DNA of 64,000 bases from Macrostomum lignano (taxonomy: Eukaryota): NCBI GenBank assembly GCA_002269645.1, contig NIVC01003431.1:1-64000 (forward strand). The letters run 5' to 3'. Each line of letters starts with the position of its first letter. Positions within the stretch are counted from its first letter, which is position 1. Below are positions 1 through 11,600 of this stretch, piece after piece. The notes beneath the pieces are model-generated. The model was given only the letters and a program-made list of their open reading frames with translations, was not told the origin of the DNA and searched no databases. The translations under genes and the position numbers were made by a program.

Positions 1-66
1 GAGGAGGAGAAGATAAAAAGTGTTAAGGGGAGAAAGAGAGACAGAGACAGTGAAAAAATTACTTAC

Positions 67-3000
67 GAATCGTATCGGCGTAAATGACGCGGGTTCCTAG
101 ACCCTCCAGAGCCTCGTAGAGTCGCAGCCGGGCGTGGGAGGTGGTGAAAACGCCAATAGGTACATTAGCGTACTTGAACGCCCGCTCGCCAGCACCGCCA
201 AATCGGGGCTTGTACTCGAGCATCATGAAGCTCTCCCCAATTGGCTCGCACGACTTGACCTTGATCGAGGGGTCGTCAGGCGCTGCAGCCACGCCTCGTA
301 GCTGTCCACAATCTCTGTGGAGGTCAGGTCGTCGCGCTGGCAGAATTTGCCCCAGAGCCTGCAGGGAAAAATAAATTTTTTTTGTAAGTAGAAAAACAGG
401 CCCCACTGCAAGTAGAAAAAACTTACGAGTTTAGAAAAATCTTGGCACAAAGCGCAGGCCAGGATTTCTCCACCTTTTCCAGCCGGACGCCTTCGCGCTC
501 GAAAAAGCTGGCCATGTAGGCAGCCTTGGCGTCCTCAGCCATCCCCGGCGAACCGCTAGACTCGGCTTTGAGCTTCAAAAAAGTGTTTACATAATCTGCA
601 AACAGGCCCGTGCGAGTCTCGGTCCAATAGGCCAGGGCATGAACTGACTGCAGCTTGTAACCCAACTGCAGGGCCTTGTGGAGCTCTGGGGTCGACCACG
701 TGCCGCGGAGCATTCTCTCAGCGTCAGTGTGTGTACACTCGCTGCTGCACTGGGTCTCCATGCAGACGCGGCAGAGGCCGAAAACCAGCTTCTTGTTAAT
801 CTTGGCGGGCAGTAGCGGGATGTGGAGATTGGTTGGCGGCAGAATCGACACCTCGGCGATGCCAAAATACCGGGCCAGCTGCAGCTCATCCAGTAGATGA
901 GGCTCGGGGTGGTGTACCGGGTGCCCGACAGGGTACTTGTCAAACTTGTTGACAGTCGGGTAGAGCGACACCTAGGGGATAAGGGATAAGATAAACTCAA
1001 ACGCATGTCAACTGTGTGTGTACAAGTGTACAAACTTACCACATCCCGATAGCGCAGCTCTACAGTCTCGGTGGCCTCGGCGTGCGGGACAAAAGCCTCG
1101 GTACGGCCGCCAAACAGGGCATCCTCCAGGCGAATAGGCTGCTGGACTGGCGCTCCCTCGTCCTGATAGTCGTGCTCCCACAGAACACGCACATTGTATG
1201 CAGTGGAGAGCAGCCGGTGAAGCGCTCAGTCTCCTCATAAATCGCCCGCATTGGCTGGTTCTTGAGCGGGTGCAGCACGTCGCCGTTGGGGAAGCACTTG
1301 GGACAGCCATGGAAGAAGCAGCCATGAAACTGCAGCACTGTCCTGGTCTCTGGGTCGAAGCCGTCGACCTTACGGCCCATGGCGAAAGCCTCGCCGCCCG
1401 AGTCCGCTGTCCGCAACCGGCCGCCAAACTCGGTTGCATTCAAATGTGCAGCCAGCACCGCGCCTTGTGCGACTGTACATCGGACCGGCGGGAAATCACC
1501 CCAAGAGTGTTGGGCTCCATAAACTTGGTGGTGAATAACAGCCATGGCCAAGCCCGCAATGGTGTTGGATTGAACAAATGCGTCCAGTCCGCAAATGTCC
1601 TTAATCAGGCGGGTATTTAGACAGCCTTCCCGCAAAATTAACGTGTCCTGCAGGCAGTAGTCCAGGTACTCCTTATTGAAATTAAACACCTGTCCCTCCT
1701 GCTTGGCCAGCCAGTCGGCGATGGAGTCATGCTGCTTGTTTTTCCTCCATACATATCAATTGAGCAGTAGGGACCCACGTACCCCCAATTTTGGCTGGTT
1801 AAACACGTGCGGGAAATCTCCTTTGGTCAGTTGGGTGCCCAAACCAAGCGCCTTTGGGAATTGCGCCAGACCAATAGGGATGAAATTGAGGCTGTCCTTG
1901 AAGGTGATCTTGTCGCACTTCATACATTAGGCGGCTGTTCTGGAAGATCACTTGCGGCTTCTTCTTGGCCAGTCCGTTGAGTAGGGCGCCGAGCAGGAGG
2001 AATGCGTCATACGCAGAGCCATTGTGCGCAATAGCAATTGCCCCCTGCTTGAACACACTAGTCAGCCAGCAGTAAAAGGCATCGATAGAGTGCGGCCCGA
2101 CAGATACAAACTCTCGCATCCCACAGGCACAGTCATTGTGCGAGACACAGCTCGTGAAATCGAGTGCCAAATCGCGTCCCGCAATGCAATTGGCTGAGCT
2201 GTGTAGTCCCCCGCACGCTGCAGCGGGGCCTGGGGAAGAGTTTGGGACACGCCTCGCAGGAGGTGGCAGCCGTAACCAAGTGTACCCGGTGCTGCTTGCC
2301 AGAGTCCACGTACGTCTCGAAATCATAGTAAACATACGGGGCGCTAGACTCTTTGGCTTTGGGCGGGGTGACAAAGCACTCGTGGGTGGCAGTTTCGTCG
2401 TACTGCTTGCAGACTGGGCACTTGGCGTAACCACACTGATGCTCAGGGGGCTGGCCTACTTTTAGTTCTTCTAGATAGCCACACGTGCCGCAAACGTGGA
2501 CCGAATCACAGCGCGATCTGCCGGCCTTATTCTTGCGCTTGTGATTTTCTAGGCACTGAGCATTATAGCAATTTAGCCCGCAATCATGGCATCTTACATA
2601 TGCGCGGTTTGCCTTACAGTTGGAGCCCGGAGTCTTGCATGTACTGCAGGCATCAGCGCACTTGTGCTTCTCATATTGCAGTCGTAGGCCATCTCGCACT
2701 TGGGGCAGTAGTGATCGAGCCGAAAAACGCAGGCAGCTTGGTACCACATTAAAGTGCTGCTCGACCAGGTGTAGGTGCAGAATCTCGGTGCCAGGCAGGT
2801 TGAAGATGCACCTGTTGGCCTCCTCTGCGCGGTACACGCGTACACCAAAATCGTGCCCGGATGCAGCCGGTTCAGGGCACGGATCGCTTCGGGCAGTGCA
2901 TCCACCCGAAAGGACCGCCTGCGAGACGGTTTGAAGAGTCTGTGTGGGGGTAAAATATTTCTTTTAGTATTCCTGATACTGTGTAAAATCTTATCAGAAA

Positions 3001-4674
3001 ATTTCTTTTAGTATTCCATGATACTGTGTAAAAATCTTATCAGAAAATATATCTTTTAGTATTCCATGATACTGTGTAAAAATTCTTATCAGAAAATATA
3101 TCTTTTAGTATTCGATACTGTGTAAAAATTCTTATCAGAAAATTTTAGTATTCCAGATACTGTGTAAAAATTCTTATCGAAAAATACTAGAAACTTACCG
3201 TAGAGGCCAGCTTCGATTTGTAGCTCAGCCAAGCTTAGTCTGCGTGGGCGAATTGGCCTTGATTGTGCCACACCTGCTGGTGATGGACTTGGCCACGAAT
3301 TGCAGGTAGGCGCAGGCCACGACCAGAGCGCGCAGCAGGCATCTCTTGTCCGAGTTGGTGATGCGGACATAGTGCTTGGAGAAGGCGTGCCGCTCTTCTA
3401 GATGCTTGTTCTCGAGAGCACATCCACCTCGAGGCACCCAGGCCTTTAGCAACCGATAGAAAAGTTGCCGACAACAGTGGCATCCGACTGCACAATCTTG
3501 TCATGTGCTTAAACAACAATTCAGCCGTCATGCGGGCTGCACGCACCGGGGGAGTGTGGGCCGCTTTGAGCATATTGTCGCTCTCGAATTTCGCGGCCAT
3601 AAAGTCATCACCAGCCAAATCTTGCTTGAAAACTTCGAGCATGTCAGCAAACACCTCCCGCAAATCTTCGGTGTTGGTAATATGCACCACATACTCGACA
3701 CCCTTTGCCCTAAACTTGGGCAGGTCACGCTGATTATCCAGCCGGGCCGTAAAACCTGCATGGGGGGAATGGGGGAGTGTGAGTCAGCTAGGGTCTGTGT
3801 GGGAAATGGGGGGCTGGATAACTCACCCGGTCCGGTAACAGATTCCGGCTGTGTTGGCGGGACAAACGCGTCTGAAAAAACACAAGGAGATAAAAAACCA
3901 GAAGAATCTGTCATTTTCCTGGCCCCAGCGTGTTTCCCCGCCCTAGCCCCAGCAATTTCTTAACAGAGTTTACTCTGCTGTCCCCGCAGCAACTCTCTGC
4001 AATTTCTTATCTGCACCCCCGCTGCAGCCTGTCGCAGCAGTCTTTGTTTACTCACCCCTGCAACTCTCTGTCGCAGCAATTTGCACCTAGCTGCAGCCTG
4101 TCTGGGTAGCGCCCTATCTGCAGCCCCAGTCTGTCCCAGCAACTCTCTGCCCCCACCTGGCTGGAACTTGTCTAGCCTGCCCCAACGATTCTGCAGCAAT
4201 TTCTTATCTGCCGCAGCACCCTAGCAACTGTCTGTTTTTGCAGCAATTTCTTATCAGCACACCCCTCCCTGTCTAGACAACACCCCACCCCAGTCTTTGT
4301 TTACTCACCCCTGCAACTCTCTGTCGCAGCAATTTGCACCCCAGCTGCAGCCTGTCTGGACAACACCCCCCTAGCAGCAATTTCTTATCAGCACACACCC
4401 GGCTGAAACTTGTCTAGCCCTCCCCTGCAACTCTCTGTTACAGACCCTGCCGCAGCACCCCACCCTAGCAACTCCAGTCTAGACCCCTGCAGCTGTCGCA
4501 GCAGTCTTTGTTGTTTACTCTGCGGTCCCACAGACCCTGCAGCTGCTGCTGCTGCTCAGCCCCTACCCCCACCCTAGCAACTACAGTCTAGACAGAAATT
4601 AATTAAAACTTACCATAAAGACGTTGCCTCTTGTCAGCCAGGAAAGCAGTTGCTGCGGCGCTGCGTTTAGCCAT
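67..4674 (-). CDS. polB: Protein-primed family B DNA polymerase, copy 1 (exons 4674-4614, 3871-3827, 3755-3199, 2939-1040, 971-427, 358-67; last exon outside window; several 1-2 nt indels)
   Basis: ORF fragments carry YDFET, AHNGSAYD, YCLQD, D(V)VSLYP, KIFLNS/LWGKF and YADTD. GT-AG introns mirror those of copy 2. Confidence 0.9.
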
Positions 4675-4912
4675 TTTGCAAACAGAGAGCGTGAGAGAGC
4701 GGAGAGAGAAGGATTTATCTCTCTACCCTGGCTCTGGGGGTCTGTATATATACTAAAAAATCTGCTCAGCTCGCCTGTTATTGGATAAATCGCCAAAAAC
4801 CAACCAAAATCATCAAAAATCACCCCAAAATCATCACCCACCCCACCCTCCATCCGGGGTATATAAGGCGCTGCACGGCTGTCAGAGAGCTCTCTGCTGC
4901 TGCTGCTAAATC
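4675..4912. promoter_or_regulatory. Bidirectional promoter between polB and PC4-like gene (copy 1)
   Basis: GTATATAAGG at ~4860 lies about 50 nt before the PC4 ATG (4913). An opposite-strand TATATATA and a CCAAT precede the polB ATG (4674). Confidence 0.6.
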
Positions 4913-5445
4913 ATGTCTTCTATCTCTCTATACGAAAACTTTGTGGCGCGGAAGCCCACATTTGAAACTGAACACAACTTGATTGAAATTCGGCGTCTCT
5001 ACACCAACGAGGCCGGAGTGTGGAAGGACGGCTTCCCTGCAATCTACTTGGCCGAGCCAGAGTGGAAGAAGCTCGAAGCTGCGCGCCCTGACCTGGAGGC
5101 TGCTGCCCGCCTTCACGTGAACAAGCGGGTCCTGTTGGGCAATTTCAAGGCAGTTGAAGCTTCGCGAGGGAGGATCCGTTTGCTGCGCAATTGGCTCAAT
5201 CAGGACCCAAAGTTTAATTGGCGCTACACGATCGAATTCACGCCTGAACTGTGGCGCCGGATGTTTGCCGCCCGTTTGGACAAGCTCTTCAAGCCGGCAC
5301 CTGAGGCACCCCTCCAGCCAAGCGAGTCAAGACAGACACGCCTCCGGTAGCCGGGACTGAGGTGGATGTTCTTCAGCTCATGGGTCTCAAACCCTACCAA
5401 TCTCCACCCTGGGAAAATCTGTTTAACGAGGGTTGGGACTGCTAG
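4913..5445 (+). CDS. Tandem PC4-like ssDNA-binding protein, copy 1 (1-nt indel near 5310; about 177 aa)
   Basis: LIEIRRLYTNEAGVWKDGFPAIYLAEPEWKKL matches the PC4/Sub1 signature (human [32 protein letters not shown]). A second repeat reads IRLLRNWLNQD...IEFTPELWRRM. An NLS-like PAKRVK appears after correcting the C-run using copy 2. Confidence 0.75.
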
Positions 5446-5560
5446 TTTCCTATTGGTTCGCACCGCCTCACTCGATCCGTCTATATAATTAGTGTTTCCC
5501 CCTCTCCAGAGAGTCAAACCCTATCTCAGCTCTAATACTTTACTCTCTGTTGATTCTAGC

Positions 5561-5707
5561 ATGTCCCGCCGAGCTCTATCCAACCTCTGGGATAATAATC
5601 GCCCGACTGAAGAGTTAACCAGCCTCGACGGGGATATCCCTGAACACATAGTTCCCCTAGGCACTGAAAACAACGGAATGATAATTGGGAGGCTGATCAA
5701 TATCTAG
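5561..5707 (+). CDS. Small orphan ORF (48 aa, MSRRALSNLW...)
   Basis: ATG at 5561 downstream of CTATATAA (~5483). No recognisable domain. Confidence 0.3.
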   Translation: MSRRALSNLWDNNRPTEELTSLDGDIPEHIVPLGTENNGMIIGRLINI

Positions 5708-5715
5708 CTTGGGCT

Positions 5716-6570
5716 ATGTCCTATGATAGCGACACCGAGTCTGAAGTTTTTGACCTCCCGCTGCTGGCTATCGGCGGGTTGTGAACGGTGCCCCTGCTGC
5801 TACTGCCTCCGATTTGACTACCGCCTCAGCCGCCCTCTTTGACGTCTCTGTTGAGGAGCTGACCACAACCGGCCCTGCCTCTGCTGCGCCCGTCTCTGCT
5901 GCTGCCGCCTCTACTACGCCCGTCTCTGCTGCTGCTTCAACTACCTCCCACCGGGCCTCAATATCATCAGCCGCTACGCTCCTTCTCTTCGACGACGAGG
6001 ACGAGGATATGTCTGAGGAGATCGCCGTGGTTCGTGAGCGCTTTCCTCGCATTGTGGCCTCATTTTTCCGTGGGGACATTGACTGGCTGAGGTCTCGGCA
6101 TCCTGGCGGGCTGCCCTCCCAAGCCACCTTTGTCAGAGCCTTTAATCGGGTTCTTGATACTTTGGTTGCGAGGGGTGCCGGCCTACGGGAGGTGGGAGGC
6201 TGAGACTCTGCACCAGGACTGGTTGATGGGGCGCAATTCGTATGCCCCCGACTCTGAGGCGTACCTGGCCGGTCCGGGAGCGCGGCCAACCGCGTGGGAT
6301 GAGCCCGCCGCATGGCCCTCCAACTGGGAGGAGCACCTTTCGTTGGTGCGCTATACAGCGTCTCTACGTCTGTGGCGGCTGGAGGACGATTTAGATTTGG
6401 TAAGATATTACATTATATACACAACTCATCTAATCATATACCTTGCATATATTCTATCTACATTGACTGTTATAATTTCCACATTGCAGTCATCCGACTA
6501 CTGCTTCGAGAGCGTGGAGGAAGAGGCCGCGTACGAGACAGCCCTGAGGGAGCGTATGGAGATTGACTGA
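5716..6570 (+). CDS. Orphan element protein (about 250 aa), joined across two probable 1-nt indels (~5775, ~6175) and one intron (6400-6489)
   Basis: ATG 5716 followed by ORFs 5781-6203 and 6130-6570 in consecutive frames. The AT-rich 90-nt insert TTG|gtaaga...ttgcag|TCA is a phase-0 intron. Confidence 0.55.
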
Positions 6571-6701
6571 TAAGGGTTTTCTCTTTGTACGCGTTTGGGG
6601 AACCCAACACTGTACACTGGGTAGGTTAGAATGGCGCTAGCTGGGGGGCCTCTATGTGTGTATACACGGGGGTTAAAAGACCAATTCTGATAGCTCGCTC
6701 C

Positions 6702-6778
6702 TAGGGAGGAAATTGGCAGAGGGGCCGGCCCAAAAAACTGAAATGGGCTGGCCCCGGGCTCGAGTCCACCCACCTAAA
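6702..6778 (+). ncRNA. Putative Pol III-type structured small RNA 1
   Basis: GGGAGG-N4-TGGCAGAG (A-box-like), a 12-bp stem with 11-nt loop, then GGCTCGAGTCC (B-box-like). Same layout as 14361-14450. Confidence 0.5.
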
Positions 6779-6880
6779 ATATGGAGGTCATTACAACCTA
6801 ATGACCGAAATACTTTCAACGCAATTGTACCCATAAGAGGGTTAGGGCGGCGGCGGCGGTGGCGAAAACGGGCGGCTAAA

Positions 6881-7809
6881 ACCTCCCTTTTGGGATTTCC
6901 CCGAACCGCTTTTGTTAAAATTTTTATGCACCTGCGGGTTAGACAATATTTACTCTTTAGTCGGTGCGACATTATTTACGCGTCTGTTGCACCTGGGCGT
7001 TTGCCTATAATCTGATTATACATGCGTGCCTGTATTATACAACTACACCTTATGCATGCCTTGTAAACCTGCTTTATACATTAATCCGATATGTATCGAA
7101 AGTACACTTTGTAAACCTGCTGTGTGTATTTCCCCCTATGTAGCGCCTACAGTACCTGCTTTGTCTATTTCTGCCCATGCACCTACATTGTGTGTTTTTG
7201 CTGCTCATATGCTCCAATATGTACATTTTAATATGCAATATGCGTCATTATTCACCTACCAATATGTTTTATCTACATTTTTATGTAAATATACTCAATT
7301 TCACCTACTATAAGTAGTTTTCACTAGCCTAATATCGTTGACTACATATCGGGAGAGTGTGGTAGAGTGTACACACATATCGGTAGAGTGTACCTTGGGC
7401 TCGGTAGAGTGTACACTCGGGGTGCTTGCGGCTCGGTAGAGTGTACACTCGGGGTGCCTGCGGCATGGGCGTCTGCGGCATGGGCGCCTGCGGCTGGGGA
7501 AGGTCGCCTGCGGCTCGGGAGGGTGTACATATCGGGGTACATGTCGGTAGGGTGAGCATACATATCGGTAGGTGCGCCTGCGGCTGGGGAGGGTCGCCTG
7601 CGGCTGGGGAGGGTCGCCTGCGGCTGGGGAGGGTCGCCTGCGGCTGGACGGCGCTTGGCGCCACGCGCCTGCGGCGCGCGCGCGCGCCGAGCGCCGATAT
7701 CGATACGGGTATCGATCACCTAGTGATCGGGGCGCCAGCCAATGAGAGGCGAGGAGGGTTGACACCCACCCCCCTCCCAAAATCAACACATCTGCCAGTC
7801 CATAGTAGT
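6881..7809 (+). repeat. Terminal repeat (inferred TIR), copy at the PC4-side end
   Basis: Highly similar to 14514-15393. AT-rich inner part, GC-rich 16-20-bp subrepeats, palindromic cluster, ends CATCTGCC-N6-TAGTAGT. Confidence 0.75.
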
Positions 7810-7898
7810 GACAGATTATATGTAATTTATATACGATTTATATGAAATTAAGCTTACCAAAAATCGGGTTCGCGCTGTACGGATACGGCACGCCTCAA

Positions 7899-8395
7899 TT
7901 AGCAACCCTCGTCAAACAGATTTCCCCAAGGGTAGGGTTTGATGCTGTCAAGGCAGTCCTGCAGATTGTCCTCTGTCTTGACTCGCTTGGCTGGAGGGGG
8001 TGCCTCAGGTGCCGGCTTGAAGAGCTTGTCCAAACGGGCGGCAAACATCCGGCGCCACAGTTCAGGCGTGAATTCGATCGTGTAGCGCCAATTAAACTTT
8101 GGGTCCTGATTGAGCCAATTGCGCAGCAAACGGATCCTCCTCGCGAAGCTTCAACTGCCTTGAAATTGCCCAACAGGACCCGCTTGTTCACGTGAAGGCG
8201 GGCAGCAGCCTCCAGGTCAGGGCGCGCAGCTTCGAGCTTCTTCCACTCTGGCTCGGCCAAGTAGATTGCAGGGAAGCCGTCCTTCCACACTCCGGCCTCG
8301 TTGGTGTAGAGACGCCGAATTTCAATCAAGTTGTGTTCAGTTTCAAATGTGGGCTTCCGCGCCACAAAGTTTTCGTATAGAGAGATAGAAGACAT
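7899..8395 (-). CDS. Tandem PC4-like ssDNA-binding protein, copy 2 (1-nt indel near 8140; about 165 aa, variant C-terminus)
   Basis: Near-identical to 4913-5336 in reverse complement. Ends APPAKRVKTEDNLQDCLDSIKPYPWGNLFDEGC*. Confidence 0.75.
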
Positions 8396-8633
8396 GATTT
8401 AGCAGCAGCAGCAGAGAGCTCTCTGACAGCCGTGCAGCGCCTTATATACCCCCGGATGGAGGGTGGGGTGGGTGATGATTTTGGGGTGATTTTTGATGAT
8501 TTTGGTTGGTTTTTGGCGATTGACCAATAACAGGCGAGCTGAGCAGATTTTTTAGTATATATACAGACCCCCAGAGCCAGGGTAGAGAGATAAATCCTTC
8601 TCTCTCCGCTCTCTCACGCTCTCTGTTTGCAAA
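8396..8633. promoter_or_regulatory. Bidirectional promoter (copy 2)
   Basis: CCTTATATACCC at ~8440 (TATA on minus strand), CCAAT at ~8524, TATATATA at 8556-8563, polB ATG at 8634. Confidence 0.6.
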
Positions 8634-11600
8634 ATGGCTAAACGCAGCGCCGCAGCAACTGCTTTCCTGGCTGACAAGAGGCAACGTCTTTATGGTAAGT
8701 TTTAATTAATTTCTGTCTAGACTGTAGTTGCTAGGGTGGGGGTAGGGGCTGAGCAGCAGCAGCAGCTGCAGGGTCTGTGGGACCGCAGAGTAAACAACAA
8801 AGACTGCTGCGACAGCTGCAGGGGTCTAGACTGGAGTTGCTAGGGTGGGGTGCTGCGGCAGGGTCTGTAACAGAGAGTTGCAGGGGAGGGCTAGACAAGT
8901 TACAGCCGGGTGTGTGCTGATAAGAAATTGCTGCTAGGGGGTGTTGTCCAGACAGGCTGCAGCTGGGGTGCAAATTGCTGCGACAGAGAGTTGCAGGGGT
9001 GAGTAAACAAAGACTGGGTGGGGGGTTGTCTAGACAGGGAGGGGTGTGCTGATAAGAAATTGCTGCAAAAACAGACAGTTGCTAGGGTGCTGCGGCAGAT
9101 AAGAAATTGCTGCAGAATCGTTGGGGCAGGCTAGACAAGTTACAGCCAGGTGGGGGCAGAGAGTTGCTGGGACTGTGTAGCGCGGGGACAGACTGATAAG
9201 AAATTGGCAGGGGCGCTACCCAGACAGGCTGCAGCTAGGTGCAAATTGCTGCGACAGAGAGTTGCAGGGGTGAGTAAACAAAGACTGGGGTGGGGGGTTG
9301 TCTAGACAGGGAGGGGTGTGCTGATAAGAAATTGCTGCAAAAACAGACAGTTGCTAGGGTGCTGCGGCAGATAAGAAATTGCTGCAGAATCGTTGGGGCA
9401 GGCTAGACAAGTTTCAGCCGGGTGGGGGCAGAGAGTTGCTGGGACAGACTGGGGCTGCAGATAGGGCGCTACCCAGACAGGCTGCAGCTAGGTGCAAATT
9501 GCTGCGACAGAGAGTTGCAGGGGTGAGTAAACAAAGACTGCTGCGACAGGCTGCAGCGGGGGTGCAGATAAGAAATTGCAGAGAGTTGCTGCGGGGACAG
9601 CAGAGTAAACTCTGTTAAGAAATTGCTGGGGCTAGGGCGGGGAAACACGCTGGGGCCAGGAAAATGACAGATTCTTCTGGTTTTTTATCTCCTTGTGTTT
9701 TTTCAGACGCGTTTGTCCCGCCAACACAGCCGGAATCTGTTACCGGACCGGGTGAGTTATCCAGCCCCCCATTTCCCACACAGACCCTAGCTGACTCACA
9801 CTCCCCCATTCCCCCATGCAGGTTTTACGGCCCGGCTGGATAATCAGCGTGACCTGCCCAAGTTTAGGGCAAAGGGTGTCGAGTATGTGGTGCATATTAC
9901 CAACACCGAAGATTTGCGGGAGGTGTTTGCTGACATGCTCGAAGTTTTCAAGCAAGATTTGGCTGGTGATGACTTTATGGCCGCGAAATTCGAGAGCGAC
10001 AATATGCTCAAAGCGGCCCACACTCCCCCGGTGCGTGCATCCCGCATGACGGCTGAATTGTTGTTTAAGCACATCAACAAGATTGTACAGTCGGATGCCA
10101 CTGTCCTGACGGGCAACTTTTCTATCCGGTTGCTAAAGGCCTGGGTGCCTCGAGGTGGATGTGCTCTCGAGAACAAGCATCTAGAAGAGCGGCACGCCTT
10201 CTCCAAGCACTATGTCCGCATCACCAACTCGGACAAGAGATGCCTGCTGCGCGCTCTGGTCGTGGCCTGCGCCTACCTGCAATTCGTGGCCAAGTCCATC
10301 ACCAAGCAGGTGTGGCACACAATCAAGGCCAATTCGCCCACGCAGACTAAGCTGGTGGCTGAGCTACAAATCGAAGCTGGCCTCTACACGGTAAGTTTCT
10401 AGTATTTTTCCGATAAGAATTTTTACACAGTATCGTGGAATACTAAAAGATATATTTTCTGATAAGAATTTTTACACAGTATCGGGGAATACTAAAATTT
10501 TCTGATAAGATTTTTTACACAGTATCAGGGAATACTAAAAGAAATATTTTACCCTCCACACAGACTCTTCAAACCGTCTCGCAGGCTGGTCCTTTCGGGT
10601 TGGATGCACTGCCCGAAGCGATCCGTGCCCTGAACCGGCTGCATCCGGGGCGCGATTTTGGTGTACGAGTGTACAGGGCAGAGGAGGCCAACAGGTGCAT
10701 CTTCAACCTGCCTGGCACCGAGATTCTGCACCTGCACCTGGTCGAGCAGCACTTTAATGTGGTCACCAAGCTGCCTGCGTTTTTCGGCTCTGATCACTAC
10801 TGCGCCAAGTGCGAGATGGCCTACGACTGCGCCAACGCCGAGCACAAGTGCGCTGACGCCTGCAGTACATGCAAGACTCCGGGCTCCAACTGTAAGGCAA
10901 ACCGCGCATATGTAAGATGCCAGGATTGCGGGCTAAATTGCTATAATGCTCAGTGCCTAGAAAATCACAAGCGCAAGAATAAGGCGGGCAGATCGCGCTG
11001 TGATTCGGTCCACGTTTGCGGCACGTGTGGCTATCTAGAAGAACTAAAAGTAGGCCAGCCCCCTGAGCATCAGTGTGGTTATGCCAAGTGCCCAGTCTGC
11101 AAGCAGTACGACGAAACTGCCACCCACGAGTGCTTTGTCACCCCGCCCAAAGCCAAAGAGTCTAGCGCCCCGTATGTTTACTATGATTTCGAGACGTACG
11201 TGGACTCTGGCAAGCAGCACCGGGTACACTTGGTTACGGCTGCCACCTCCTGCGAGGCGTGTCCCAAACTCTTCCCAGGCCCCGCTGCAGCGTGTGCGGG
11301 GGACTACACAGCTCAGCCAATTGCATTGCGGGACGCGATTTGGCACTCGATTTCACGAGCTGTGCCTCGCACAATGACTGTGCCTGTGGGATGCGAGAGT
11401 TTGTATCTGTCGGGCCGCACTCTATCGATGCATTTTACTGCTGGCTGACTAGTGTGTTCAAGCAGGGGGCAATTGCTATTGCGCACAATGGCTCTGCGTA
11501 TGACGCATTCCTCCTGCTCGGCGCCCTACTCAACGGACTGGCCAAGAAGAAGCCGCAAGTGATCTTCCAGAACAGCCGCCTAATGTACATGAAGTGCGAC

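Larger units (their letters stand above)
1..7809 (-). mobile_element. Polinton-like pPolB element, copy 1 (polB on minus strand; runs off the window start; right end = TIR ending at 7809)
   Basis: Contains the pPolB gene, PC4-like gene, orphan ORFs and terminal segment 6881-7809. 1-5336 is the reverse complement of 7972-13524. Confidence 0.8.

Noticed and set aside
6495-6520. LxCxE Rb-binding motif (DYCFES) in the orphan protein
   Set aside because: Lacks the required Leu; only a superficial resemblance to E7/E1A.
7026-7789. ORFs within the terminal repeat
   Set aside because: Low complexity and derived from subrepeats; lengths differ between the copies.
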